Shown here: in pieces, positions 51,077 to 60,299 of the stretch
Layout: the number at the start of each line of letters is the position of its first letter
How positions within the stretch are numbered: position 1 is the stretch's first letter
From: a virus
Taxonomy: Duplodnaviria; Caudoviricetes
Virus record (IMG/VR): IMGVR_UViG_3300022181_000098
Location: 1 to 60,299 of that record
DNA length: 60,299 nucleotides
Direction: 5' to 3' (one strand)
Translations under genes and position numbers: made by a program
The notes under the pieces: model-generated
What the model saw: the letters and a program-made list of their open reading frames with translations, nothing else
Told to the model about the DNA's origin: nothing
Database searches by the model: none

Positions 51077-53498
51077 GAATTTCAAAGGCATCAAGGCCGG
51101 TATGGGGCTCGACGAAGTGACGGTAGATTTCACATCATTGAACGGCATCGTCGTCTTTTCGGCCCCGAACGGATCGGGCAAGACCACCATCCTTGACAAT
51201 CTTCACCCGTACCGCCTTATGCCTTATCGCGCCGGCAACAGTTACCGGCCCACAGCATTCTCATATTACGACCATACCTATGGCGACGCGGTCAAGGTCT
51301 TCATCTTCGAGGTCGACGGGGCGACGTACATGAGCAAGATCCTCATCGACACGGACCGGAAGAAGGCCGAGGCGTACCTGTACACCTGGCGCGACAATCC
51401 CGACCCTGCAACTGGCCGGGAAGGTGAATGGGACAAGTACCCCGGCGTCGACGGCAAACTCGAAGCCTATGACCGCGCCGTCGAGGAGGTCCTCGGGTCC
51501 CCGGAACTGTTCTTCACGTCCATATTCAGGGCGCAGAACGCGAAGGCCCTCAGCGACTACAGCAAGGGCGACATCAAGGACCTCTTCGTCGAGCTCCTCA
51601 ATATTTCCCACCTGCAGGCCATAGGCGAGAAGGCCCGCCGCGTGAGGCAGGACCTCTCCGGCAAGGTAGAGGTCGCCATGGTAGACCGCAAGCGGCTGCA
51701 GGACACCGTGGCCAGGGAACCGGAGACCATGGCAGGCATCGCCGGGACCCAGGCCGACATCAGTTGCATCGCCGGCGAGATCGAATCTCACGAGCAGGAG
51801 GCCATCACCCTGCAGGAGCAGATCAACGAGGTCGACGTCAAGATCGGGCTGCAGAAGAAGGCCCGCGAGGAGGTCGACAAAATCCAGAAGGAGCTCAACG
51901 AGGCCAACGTCAGGTATCGGAAGATGTCCGAGACAGCGGAGACCAAGGGGATGGAGCTCTCGAAAAAGGCCGCGGCCGCGGCAACGAGAGCGGGCACTCT
52001 GAAAGGGAACATAACCACAGCTGAGGCCCAGGTCGCCAGCCTGCCCTATCTTCGGAACCTGGCAGAAGAGAAAACAGCGAAGGAAGAGACCCTCGAGGCG
52101 ACGAGGACCGATATCAGGGACGTCGACGCCTCCCTTGAGGTCATGAACAAGGCTTTGAACGATATCCTTTCTTCCGACAAGACGATAGCGGAGAAGGAGT
52201 CCAGCCTTAAAGCGAAACAATTCTCGCGCACCAATCTGTTAGAGAACAATCTGAAGCGAGAGCTCCAGAGGGCACAGAAGCAGGCCGAATACATCCAGTC
52301 AAGCGGCTGTCCGGTCGATAACCCGGCCTGTAAATTCATGGCGGCTGCCGTCGCTGACCGCAGCAAGATCCCCGAGCTCGAGCGGGACATCGAACTATAC
52401 AGCAAACCCGCGCAGGACGAAATCGACCTCGAGGCTGAGATAACTACTCTCAAGGCACAGCGCAGGGATCCCGCGGCTATCCGCGGCCAGATCAAGGCCG
52501 TCACGGACACAAAGACCAACCTCCTCCTCACCCAGAAGTCCATCGAGGCAGACCTGCAGGAGATAAACAAATCCCTCGAGCGTCTTCCTCTCGCCGAACA
52601 GGCTGAGGTACAACTCCCCGAGCTCCGGAAGCAGATGCAGGAGACCGAGGCCGAGGTAGCAGCCTGCGAGACCGAAGCCGCCACCTACGCAGTCGAGGTC
52701 AACAAAGAGCTCGTTGCCATCCGCGAGACCATAGGCCAGCTCAACATGAAGCTCCTCGACGCCGGCGACAACGGTCCCGACTACGAGAAGGAGAAGGAGG
52801 CACTGGCCGGGAAGCAGGCCCATCACCGCAAGGAGATCGAGGAAGCCCGTACCCGCGAGGCCGGACACCGTCAGCACCTTGGCGCCCTCGAGGAAACTCT
52901 CAAACAGATCGACAAGGCCAAGGGCGAGCTCGACACCATCGGCGCCCGCATCACCTACCTCAACGACGAGATCAGCCAGTGGTCCACTCTGGAGAAGGCC
53001 TTCGGCAATGACGGCATCATCGCCCTGGAGCTGGACGACGCAGGCCCGCAGATATCTGCGATCGCCAACGAACTCCTGCAGGTCTTCGGCGGCCGCTTTG
53101 CCGTCCGCATCGACACGCAGAGCGCGAAGGCGGCCGGCGGGATGAAGGAGGTCTTCGACATTACCGTCTTCGACAACCAGACAGACGAGCAGAAGTCCAT
53201 CAAGCGTCTGTCCGGAGGGGAAAAGACATGGATCGAGGACGCGGTCACGAAAGCCATATGTATCTACAACAAGACCGCCAGCGGCCGACAGTTCAAGACC
53301 ATCTACACCGACGAGAAGGACGGGGCCCTCGACTTCGAGAAGAAGAAGGAGTTCTTCGCCATGAAACGGCGGGTCCTCACCCTGGGCGGCTACGACCGGG
53401 AGATCTGCATCACGCAGAGCCCGGAGCTCATGGCCATGGCAGACGGTGTCATCCGTCTGTCGAAGGAGAACGGCGTGGAGGTCATCACCAATGCCTGA
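51051..53498 (+). CDS. sbcC: SbcC/Rad50-like SMC ATPase
   Basis: Walker A PNGSGKTT, coiled coils with central Cys motif, LSGGE, DEKDGALD. Confidence 0.9.
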   Translation: MKPIQLLLKNFKGIKAGMGLDEVTVDFTSLNGIVVFSAPNGSGKTTILDNLHPYRLMPYRAGNSYRPTAFSYYDHTYGDAVKVFIFEVDGATYMSKILIDTDRKKAEAYLYTWRDNPDPATGREGEWDKYPGVDGKLEAYDRAVEEVLGSPELFFTSIFRAQNAKALSDYSKGDIKDLFVELLNISHLQAIGEKARRVRQDLSGKVEVAMVDRKRLQDTVAREPETMAGIAGTQADISCIAGEIESHEQEAITLQEQINEVDVKIGLQKKAREEVDKIQKELNEANVRYRKMSETAETKGMELSKKAAAAATRAGTLKGNITTAEAQVASLPYLRNLAEEKTAKEETLEATRTDIRDVDASLEVMNKALNDILSSDKTIAEKESSLKAKQFSRTNLLENNLKRELQRAQKQAEYIQSSGCPVDNPACKFMAAAVADRSKIPELERDIELYSKPAQDEIDLEAEITTLKAQRRDPAAIRGQIKAVTDTKTNLLLTQKSIEADLQEINKSLERLPLAEQAEVQLPELRKQMQETEAEVAACETEAATYAVEVNKELVAIRETIGQLNMKLLDAGDNGPDYEKEKEALAGKQAHHRKEIEEARTREAGHRQHLGALEETLKQIDKAKGELDTIGARITYLNDEISQWSTLEKAFGNDGIIALELDDAGPQISAIANELLQVFGGRFAVRIDTQSAKAAGGMKEVFDITVFDNQTDEQKSIKRLSGGEKTWIEDAVTKAICIYNKTASGRQFKTIYTDEKDGALDFEKKKEFFAMKRRVLTLGGYDREICITQSPELMAMADGVIRLSKENGVEVITNA

Positions 53499-53697
53499 GC
53501 TCATGATAGCAAACATTGTCCGCCAGCGGCTCACGCAATCGAGACAGGTCCGGACGCAGCTCTGCCGGCACTGCGGCGAGGAGATCCTCGTCATCAAGAC
53601 CCGCCTCGGCGGCCTCGTATTCCTTGACATGGAACTCAGAAAACATATCTGCCCGAAGGGCAGAAACAATACAGGAGGTAACAATGGAAGACTTTAG
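53491..53697 (+). CDS. Small Zn-binding protein
   Basis: CRHCG..HIC; overlaps the sbcC stop. Confidence 0.55.
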   Translation: MPELMIANIVRQRLTQSRQVRTQLCRHCGEEILVIKTRLGGLVFLDMELRKHICPKGRNNTGGNNGRL

Positions 53698-54901
53698 AGA
53701 CGATCTGCTCGGAAGCACTGACATAGCGCAGAGAATGCCCCTTCTCGGCAAGCTGCGGCCCGGCATCAAGATCCTGAAATCCGGATGCACCGACCTGGAC
53801 AAGGACATCTATAATCGTATGGTGGCCGAGGGCGCGCTGTGGTACGAGATCGACCGGAAGCTCGGCAACGACCCCAAGGGAAAGTCGAAGCTCATTCCCA
53901 CCAACCAGGACTATTTCACGGTCCGACCGTCGGACTGCAAGATCAACCCGCTGAATGCCGAGAAACTGCACCAGCTCTACAACGACTCCGACGGCCAGAT
54001 CCGGAGTGTGCCGATCGTCTTCATGTTCAACGACTGGTTTCAGAACATACCCCACAAGCTGGTCAACTGGGGCACGAACGGCGCCAAGTTCCTCAGCGAC
54101 TACCGCGAGATCGACGGTAAGATGCAGCGTGTCTGCACGTCCCCTCTGCCTCGTAAGCCGAAGGAACGTCCGACCCCTGGGAAAAGACCCATGCACGTTC
54201 ACGGCCCTTGCTGCCCCGAGTCCTGCGAGGTCTACCAGAAAGGATACTGCAAGCTCCACGGCTACATTCAGTGCATCATCCCCGGCACCGTCGGCGCGGG
54301 CCTCTGGAGGATCGAAACAACGTCCATCTACTCCCTGCAGCAGATCCGACAGACCATGATGATGGTGCAGGGTATCACGAGCGGCCGCCTGGCCAGCCTG
54401 TACAGGGACGGAGCACCGGTATTCACGATCAGGAAGATTGAGGACACAATCTCTCGCGTCGACCTCGACTCAGGCGAGTCCAAGAAGCAGGACCAGGACC
54501 TCATTTACCTCGACGCCAACATCGACATGGCCGAGCTCGCGCTTGCGTACCAGGAACAGGCTATGCTCGGACGTGGTCAGCGAGCGGCGGCCGCATTGGG
54601 GACACGGATGCCGAGAGAGCAGGAACCCACGGGCTCAGGTCCGACCATAGAGGCACAGGCCTCCTCTGAAGCCGAAAAACCGGAAGACCCCCCGGAGCCC
54701 GAAGAGACCGGGGAAAGATCAAGACTCACCGAGGAGGAAGAGAAGGCCGCCCTCTTCGGCGCCATCATCCCGGCTCTGAACAGTCTTCCCACGGACGTCA
54801 AAATGAGAATCAGGAAGAGCTACCCTCAGGACCTCATGAAGATCGACCTGGAAACACTCCGGAGACTGGACAAGGACATCAAGACCGCCATGGCGGCGTA
54901 A
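53684..54901 (+). CDS. Recombination protein, gp3-like 'recombination directionality factor-like' family
   Basis: GKLRPGIK..DYF..C..C..CKLHG..IPG..G-WRIETTS-YS; follows sbcCD. Confidence 0.6.
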   Translation: MEDFRDDLLGSTDIAQRMPLLGKLRPGIKILKSGCTDLDKDIYNRMVAEGALWYEIDRKLGNDPKGKSKLIPTNQDYFTVRPSDCKINPLNAEKLHQLYNDSDGQIRSVPIVFMFNDWFQNIPHKLVNWGTNGAKFLSDYREIDGKMQRVCTSPLPRKPKERPTPGKRPMHVHGPCCPESCEVYQKGYCKLHGYIQCIIPGTVGAGLWRIETTSIYSLQQIRQTMMMVQGITSGRLASLYRDGAPVFTIRKIEDTISRVDLDSGESKKQDQDLIYLDANIDMAELALAYQEQAMLGRGQRAAAALGTRMPREQEPTGSGPTIEAQASSEAEKPEDPPEPEETGERSRLTEEEEKAALFGAIIPALNSLPTDVKMRIRKSYPQDLMKIDLETLRRLDKDIKTAMAA

Positions 54902-55057
54902 CATGACGACCCACACGAAAGGGGCGCGGGTGGCTGAAAGGCAGCGGATAGGCCGGACTGCAAAAACCGGCCGAGAGAAATCAGGTTTGAAGGCCGACGA
55001 CACGCATAAGAGCCGGGGTCACGTACCTGCCCCGCGCCCCGAATAAAAGGAGAACCC

Positions 55058-56764
55058 ATGGCAAAGAAACTCGCCGAAGTGATCGACAAAAAGACAGCCC
55101 CCGTTGCGGATCCCGTGGACGGTCAGGACAGCATCGAGTACCTGCCAGTAGGTGCGATCGCTCCCAACCCGAAGAACCCCCGTAAACTGGGCAACGACGG
55201 TCTCGATGCGCTCAGCGAGCTTGTGACATCGATCGAGCAGCACGGCATCCTGCAGCCCATCATCGTCAGGCCAAGGATCAACCTGGACACCGGGGAGGGC
55301 TACGAGCTCGTCGCCGGCGAGAGACGGTGGAGAGCTGCCACGATCGCGGGCCTCAAGGTCATTCCCGCGATCGTCAAAGACCTCACGGAGGACGAGGCCT
55401 TCGACATCATGACCATCGAGAACCTGCAGCGCGAGGATCTCACCGAGGCCGAGGAGGCCAGGAGCTTCAAGGCGTACGTAGACACCAAGGGCCCCGAGGC
55501 CATCGAGGACCTGGCACAGCGCTCCGGAATCAGTGCCCGCTACATCCGCCGCCGCGTCCGGGTTCTGGAACTGCCCGCGCAGATCCTCAAGGAGTGGGAA
55601 GACGGCAAGATCGCGTTCGGCGTCCTGGAGCAACTCCTCCGTCTGGATCCGGACAAGGTCGAGGGCTTTCATAAGCGTCATATGAAGGATGCTTGGGACC
55701 TCCGTGTGGATCGCGTCAAAGTCAACATCGACAGCATGGCCATCCCCCTGGGCGGGGCGCTTTTCAAGACTAAGGAGGCCGGCTGCTCATCCTGCTCTGC
55801 CAACAGCAAGGTCCAGGTGTCCCTCTTCGGCGACGACTTCTCCGAGAAGAATGTCAACTGCATGAACCCGGCCTGCTTCGTCGAGAAACAGCGGGCCTTC
55901 CTGACCGAGAACTGGGCGGAAACGAAGATCGCGAAGGAATGCGGCACGAACGGCTTTGCGTTCCAGGAAGAGACCGGTTACGACAAGTACGAATCCTTCT
56001 ACACGGGCAGACCGCCATGGGAGAAGTGCAAGGACTGCGAGTCCTTCGTCACGATACTCTACCGCCGTTCCGGACAGGTACACCACGATAAGGCCTGCAC
56101 CAGCACCGCATGTTTCAGATCGGAGTCAAAGACCAAAGAGCCGGGCAGCAACGCGAAACCGTCGAAGAACCTCGGCCCGGAGTTCCAGGACCGCTTCTAC
56201 CGGGAGAGGATCCCTGCGGTTGCCGTTTCCCTACCCTTCGACGACGAACGTCTCATGCGCACCATCGCCCTGGCCCTCATCACCAACAGTGAACGCACCA
56301 GGAGCATGTTCTTTAACGAAATGCAGATGAAACACGTCTACGCATGGGAAGGCCATGAGAAGATCTGGAAGAAGCTCGAGGATCTGGCCACGGAAGAACT
56401 CATAACGTGGATCCGGCGGGCCTCTCTCTATCTCACCCTCGAAGACATGCAGATGGGCTCCATGCTCAGTCACAAGCACCTCATGGCCAAGCACCTGGGC
56501 GTCGACCTGAAAACGGAGTGGCGGCTCCACGAGGAGTATCTCAAGCGCAAGACCATCCCCGAGATCCTCGATCTGTGCAAGGAGCTGAAGATCCTGACGG
56601 ACCCCAAGGTGAAGGAGTTCGCCGCGGGGACCCTGAAGATGAAGACCGACAGGTACGACACCCTCAAGAAGAAGGACCTCATCCGCCTCATCCTCGAGAG
56701 CGGCGTCGACCTCGCTGGCCGGGTACCGAAAGAGATACTACTGACCATAAAGAAGGAGAGCTGA
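55058..56764 (+). CDS. ParB/RepB/Spo0J family protein with Cys-rich C-terminal part
   Basis: NPRK..ELVTSIEQHGILQPIIVRP..VAGERRWRA..IENLQREDL. Confidence 0.9.
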   Translation: MAKKLAEVIDKKTAPVADPVDGQDSIEYLPVGAIAPNPKNPRKLGNDGLDALSELVTSIEQHGILQPIIVRPRINLDTGEGYELVAGERRWRAATIAGLKVIPAIVKDLTEDEAFDIMTIENLQREDLTEAEEARSFKAYVDTKGPEAIEDLAQRSGISARYIRRRVRVLELPAQILKEWEDGKIAFGVLEQLLRLDPDKVEGFHKRHMKDAWDLRVDRVKVNIDSMAIPLGGALFKTKEAGCSSCSANSKVQVSLFGDDFSEKNVNCMNPACFVEKQRAFLTENWAETKIAKECGTNGFAFQEETGYDKYESFYTGRPPWEKCKDCESFVTILYRRSGQVHHDKACTSTACFRSESKTKEPGSNAKPSKNLGPEFQDRFYRERIPAVAVSLPFDDERLMRTIALALITNSERTRSMFFNEMQMKHVYAWEGHEKIWKKLEDLATEELITWIRRASLYLTLEDMQMGSMLSHKHLMAKHLGVDLKTEWRLHEEYLKRKTIPEILDLCKELKILTDPKVKEFAAGTLKMKTDRYDTLKKKDLIRLILESGVDLAGRVPKEILLTIKKES

Positions 56765-56766
56765 GC

Positions 56767-56967
56767 ATGGAAGAACAAGTCGACATCACCTGTACCTTTA
56801 TCGCAAGCAGCGCCGGCGCCATCCTCATAGAGGTCGACGGAATCGAGGACTGGATACCGAAGAGCCAGATAACGGATGCCAGCGTCGACCTTGAAGGCCT
56901 TGAGAAGGGCGACGTGCTGACCATCACCATTCCGGAGTGGCTCGCAGAAGACAGAGAACTCATATAA
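56767..56967 (+). CDS. Small phage protein
   Basis: AILI..WIPKSQI..ITIPEWLA. Confidence 0.7.
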   Translation: MEEQVDITCTFIASSAGAILIEVDGIEDWIPKSQITDASVDLEGLEKGDVLTITIPEWLAEDRELI

Positions 56968-56977
56968 GGAGGCATAA

Positions 56978-57316
56978 GTGCCAACAATAGGACAAAAGAC
57001 CGTGGAAGCGGTATCCGACAAGATCAGAATGCTCCTCTCAGAGCACAAAGAAGACCTGGATAAGGCATGGCTCAAGTGCGACAAGACGCTCACCGTCCCG
57101 ATCAGCCTGAAATTCAAAAACGGCCCCGGCTCCGGTGACATGGAGTACAACGTATCCATGGACATCATCACGGACAGGGTGAAGACATCCGGATCCGGCG
57201 TGGTCAACGAGCGCCAGGACGAGCTTTTCCCCAGGGAGAAAAAGGCTCCCAGGCGCGCTGCCCCTCTCGTTTGGTTCGCCATGCCCGACTGCCGGCTCGA
57301 TGCCTATAAACAGTGA
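56978..57316 (+). CDS. Hypothetical protein
   Basis: AAGGAGG RBS, GTG start. Confidence 0.6.
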   Translation: MPTIGQKTVEAVSDKIRMLLSEHKEDLDKAWLKCDKTLTVPISLKFKNGPGSGDMEYNVSMDIITDRVKTSGSGVVNERQDELFPREKKAPRRAAPLVWFAMPDCRLDAYKQ

Positions 57317-57457
57317 CCAAGTTCCCGTGGCCGCGAGTATGCGCAAGCCGTATGGTACGTCATCAAGCAGCTTCCGAAAACTACCCCCCAACGGGGACCG
57401 TCAGGAAACCTATCGCAGGGTTCGCGGCCGACGGTCCCCAATAAAAGGAGATGAACC

Positions 57458-57706
57458 ATGTCAAAGAACAGGCTCATAGATTTGAACGATCACCTCTTCT
57501 GCCAGATCGAGAGACTTTCCGATGAGGACCTCAAGGGCGATGCGCTGAAGTCTGAGATCTCAAGGGCCGATGCCGTGACAAAGGTTGCCAGGGAGATCAT
57601 CAACAACGCCCACCTGGCGCTCAAGGCCGAGGTCGCCATGTCGGAGAGGGAGATCGGCAAGCTGCCGCCGATGCTTGAAGGAGGAAAGAAGCAGGATGCG
57701 GCGTAA
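57458..57706 (+). CDS. Conserved phage protein preceding HNH gene
   Basis: [37 protein letters not shown]. Confidence 0.75.
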   Translation: MSKNRLIDLNDHLFCQIERLSDEDLKGDALKSEISRADAVTKVAREIINNAHLALKAEVAMSEREIGKLPPMLEGGKKQDAA

Positions 57707-58502
57707 CTACACCCCTGAAGAGATTCGCTTCCTGAAAAAGGGATACCGCAAGATGCGGATACCCGAGCTGACGGCCGCCTTCAACAAGAAATTCGGCACG
57801 GATAAGACGGAAACCGCAGTCAAGTGCGCCCTGTCGAACCGCGGCCACACCTGCGGCCGGCCGACGGGCACTTTCAAGGGGACATACCGCATCTTCACGC
57901 AGGAACAGGCAGCCTTCATCGAGGGGACCTATCGCCTACTCGATCAGGAACGGCTTACGGCGGCAGTTAACGATGCGTTCGGGACCAGCTTCACCGTGGG
58001 CCAGATACGGTCCTTCACCCGCAACCACCGCATCAGGTCCGGCAGGACCGGCTGCTTCGAGAAGGGAAGCCGCCCCTGGAACGCAGGGACCAAGGGAGTC
58101 ATGCGCCCGAATAAGACCAGCTTCAAGAAGGGCAACGTACCGAGAAGCAGGAAACCGATCGGAACAGAGCGCATCGACTCGAAGGACGGGTATATCCTCG
58201 TGAAGATCGCGGAGACCGATCCCTACACCGGCTTCCCGACACGCTACAAGCTCAAGCACATCGTCATATGGGAGCAGGCCCACGGCCCGGTACCCAAGGG
58301 AATGGCGGTCGTATTCAAGGATGGCGACAAGAGGAATTTCGACCTGGAGAACCTGGCGCTGGTAAGCCGGGCGGAACTGCTGCACCTGAACAGAGTCAAA
58401 TATGCCGAGACACCGGCCGAGCTGAAACCGAGCGTATTCGCCCTGGCGAAGCTGGAGGTTGCGGTGTTCGGAAAGAATAAGGAGGCAAGAGAACGTGGAT
58501 AA
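57696..58502 (+). CDS. HNH endonuclease (HNH_3-like)
   Basis: [44 protein letters not shown]. Confidence 0.85.
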   Translation: MRRNYTPEEIRFLKKGYRKMRIPELTAAFNKKFGTDKTETAVKCALSNRGHTCGRPTGTFKGTYRIFTQEQAAFIEGTYRLLDQERLTAAVNDAFGTSFTVGQIRSFTRNHRIRSGRTGCFEKGSRPWNAGTKGVMRPNKTSFKKGNVPRSRKPIGTERIDSKDGYILVKIAETDPYTGFPTRYKLKHIVIWEQAHGPVPKGMAVVFKDGDKRNFDLENLALVSRAELLHLNRVKYAETPAELKPSVFALAKLEVAVFGKNKEARERG

Positions 58503-59049
58503 CTCAAAGGGCAGATACTGGGATCGCCCGTGGTCTCTCGTCGACGGTTGTACCCCCTGCTCGCCAGGGTGTGATCACTGCTGGTCAATGGCAATGGGGA
58601 AACGATTCCACCGGTGGCCGGAGAAGGTGACACCGCACCCTGACCGCCTCGACATCCCCCTGCGGACGCGGAAGCCGACCGTGTTCGCGGTGTGGAACGA
58701 TTTGTTTCATGAGGATGTGCCGTTTGATTTCCAAAATCAGGCGCTCATTAATATGGCCTTGGCAAGACAGCACACCTTTCTAATCCTGACAAAACGGCCT
58801 CATATCATGGCTAAGGCCATTGTGGGATGGAGGGGAGAATACGATCATGTCTACCTCGGCCTCACGATCTGCAACCAGGACGAGGCCGACAGCAAGATCC
58901 CTGAGTTCCTCGCGGTCCCCGGGAAGAAGTTCCTGTCGATAGAGCCGATGTTCAGGAAGAACGGGGACATCGTTTGGGGCGTGATAATTTTAAATACGGG
59001 TTACAGGGTGCCCCTCGTGGAAGAGGTCTACCAGGTAACAACGGCTTGA
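58495..59049 (+). pseudogene. DUF5131 (phage Gp37/Gp68) protein, apparently C-terminally truncated
   Basis: GCTPCSPGCDHCW, DLFHE, LTKRP, FLSIEPM, then unrelated sequence; lacks the GGESG/FFKQWG part. Confidence 0.7.
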
Positions 59050-59123
59050 CGGATAATTGACCACGGCATCGATGTCAAGTGAAAGGGTGTTTTAGGCATC
59101 TCTTCCCAAAATAGGAATTTGAA

Positions 59124-59153
59124 TTGACAGATCCTCGACCCCAGTTCTATAAT
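59124..59153 (+). promoter_or_regulatory. sigma70 promoter of the integrase
   Basis: TTGACA-18-TATAAT, ending 6 nt before ATG 59160. Confidence 0.7.
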
Positions 59154-59159
59154 CCCCTC

Positions 59160-60299
59160 ATGCATCTCAAGGGGACGATCACCTGCCAGAAGTGTGGCAA
59201 AAAGCGGGATATTCTTGCCGAGACATGCTCATGCGGCTACAAAAAGGTCTTTTTCCGCATCGACCACCAGGGACAAAGATACCGCTTCTTCTATGACAAG
59301 GAAGGGGAACCGTACACCGTCACGACCGCCATGTCAGCCCAGGTGGAGATCAACCGGGCGATCAAGGCGCACACCTTTGACCCTTCCGAGTGGATGCCGA
59401 TCAACACGAACGAGAGGCGCTTTACCATCCTTTTTGAGAAGTTCCAGGAGCAGAAGGCCAAGCGGAACCACCCCGGGACTCAGCACGTGTATGACGTCTA
59501 CTACCGGGTCCACTTCCCTCCCCTCTATGACATGGACGTGCGGGACATCAGAATGAAGCATCTCCAGAAGTGGTACGATGCCCTGCCCTCCAAGCTCTCT
59601 TCGAAATACAAGAAGAACATGGTCGACTGTCTGCGCGCCTTCTTCAACTGGCTCGTGAGGTGGGGCGATCTCAAGGAATGTCCGGTCATGCCCGATATCG
59701 AGGAGCCGGACAGCGTACCGCGGACCGCCCTTGAGACAGACGAGCAGGAGGAGCAGCTCTTGAAGATCCCCGAGCCCTACCGTGATTTCTTCGAATTCCT
59801 TATGGAAGCCGGGTTAAGGCCCGCCGAGGGTTGTGCCCTCAAGATCGGAGACTATTCGAAGGGCCGCATCCTCGTGCAGAGGACGTACAGCCGCGGCATC
59901 CTCATCGACACCACGAAGGGGAAGAACAAGACCTGGCGTGTCCTGTCGGAAAGGGCGAACGAGCTCATCCTGCAGGCCATGGGAAACGACATCGACGCCG
60001 ACCGGTTCATCTTCATCAACCCCGCCACGGGGAAAGGATATCTCCCCGAATTTTGCCGTAAACGGTGGCGCCGGCACACGACCGTACCGGAAGACCTCTA
60101 CGCCGCTACCCGTCATTCCCTGGGCACTCAGCTTGCCGAGCAAGGAGCCCCGAAGAAGTATATCCAGGAGATCCTGGGGCACAAGGACGGGAGATCCACC
60201 GACGTGTATATGCACCCTTCCGATTCCAAGAAAAAGGAATACCTCGACGGCCGGAAGGGCAAGGTCGTTGATATTCGACAGAAGAAAATCGACAGATAA
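59160..60299 (+). CDS. int: Tyrosine integrase
   Basis: GLRPAE (R), TKGK (K), YAATRHS (H replaced by Y, R), LGH, TDVY (Y); N-terminal CxxC..CxC. Confidence 0.95.
   Translation: MHLKGTITCQKCGKKRDILAETCSCGYKKVFFRIDHQGQRYRFFYDKEGEPYTVTTAMSAQVEINRAIKAHTFDPSEWMPINTNERRFTILFEKFQEQKAKRNHPGTQHVYDVYYRVHFPPLYDMDVRDIRMKHLQKWYDALPSKLSSKYKKNMVDCLRAFFNWLVRWGDLKECPVMPDIEEPDSVPRTALETDEQEEQLLKIPEPYRDFFEFLMEAGLRPAEGCALKIGDYSKGRILVQRTYSRGILIDTTKGKNKTWRVLSERANELILQAMGNDIDADRFIFINPATGKGYLPEFCRKRWRRHTTVPEDLYAATRHSLGTQLAEQGAPKKYIQEILGHKDGRSTDVYMHPSDSKKKEYLDGRKGKVVDIRQKKIDR

Overview
The window is a near-complete ~60 kb temperate phage (prophage), running from the 3' end of a tRNA-Ser (att site, 1-38) to the stop codon of a tyrosine integrase (60299). 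It has a lambdoid cI/cro switch with a shared operator, a replication module, terminase, portal, scaffold, an N4-gp56-type capsid, a short podovirus-type tail with large ejection proteins including a 3767-aa polyvalent protein, a holin/SLT endolysin/two-component spanin lysis cassette, and an SbcCD/ParB early operon. Spanins and an outer-membrane porin indicate a Gram-negative host. The standout feature is a compact phage-borne type V-F-like CRISPR system between the lysis cassette and the att site. It comprises a sigma70 promoter, a 445-aa Cas12f/TnpB-family nuclease with all three RuvC acidic residues, a structured tracrRNA with an anti-repeat, a leader with a triplicated motif, and 9 identical 32-nt repeats with 8 unique spacers; there is no cas1/2/4. 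The last repeat appears to supply the Shine-Dalgarno sequence of a downstream membrane-protein gene. All family assignments are from motif recognition by eye; no database search was run.
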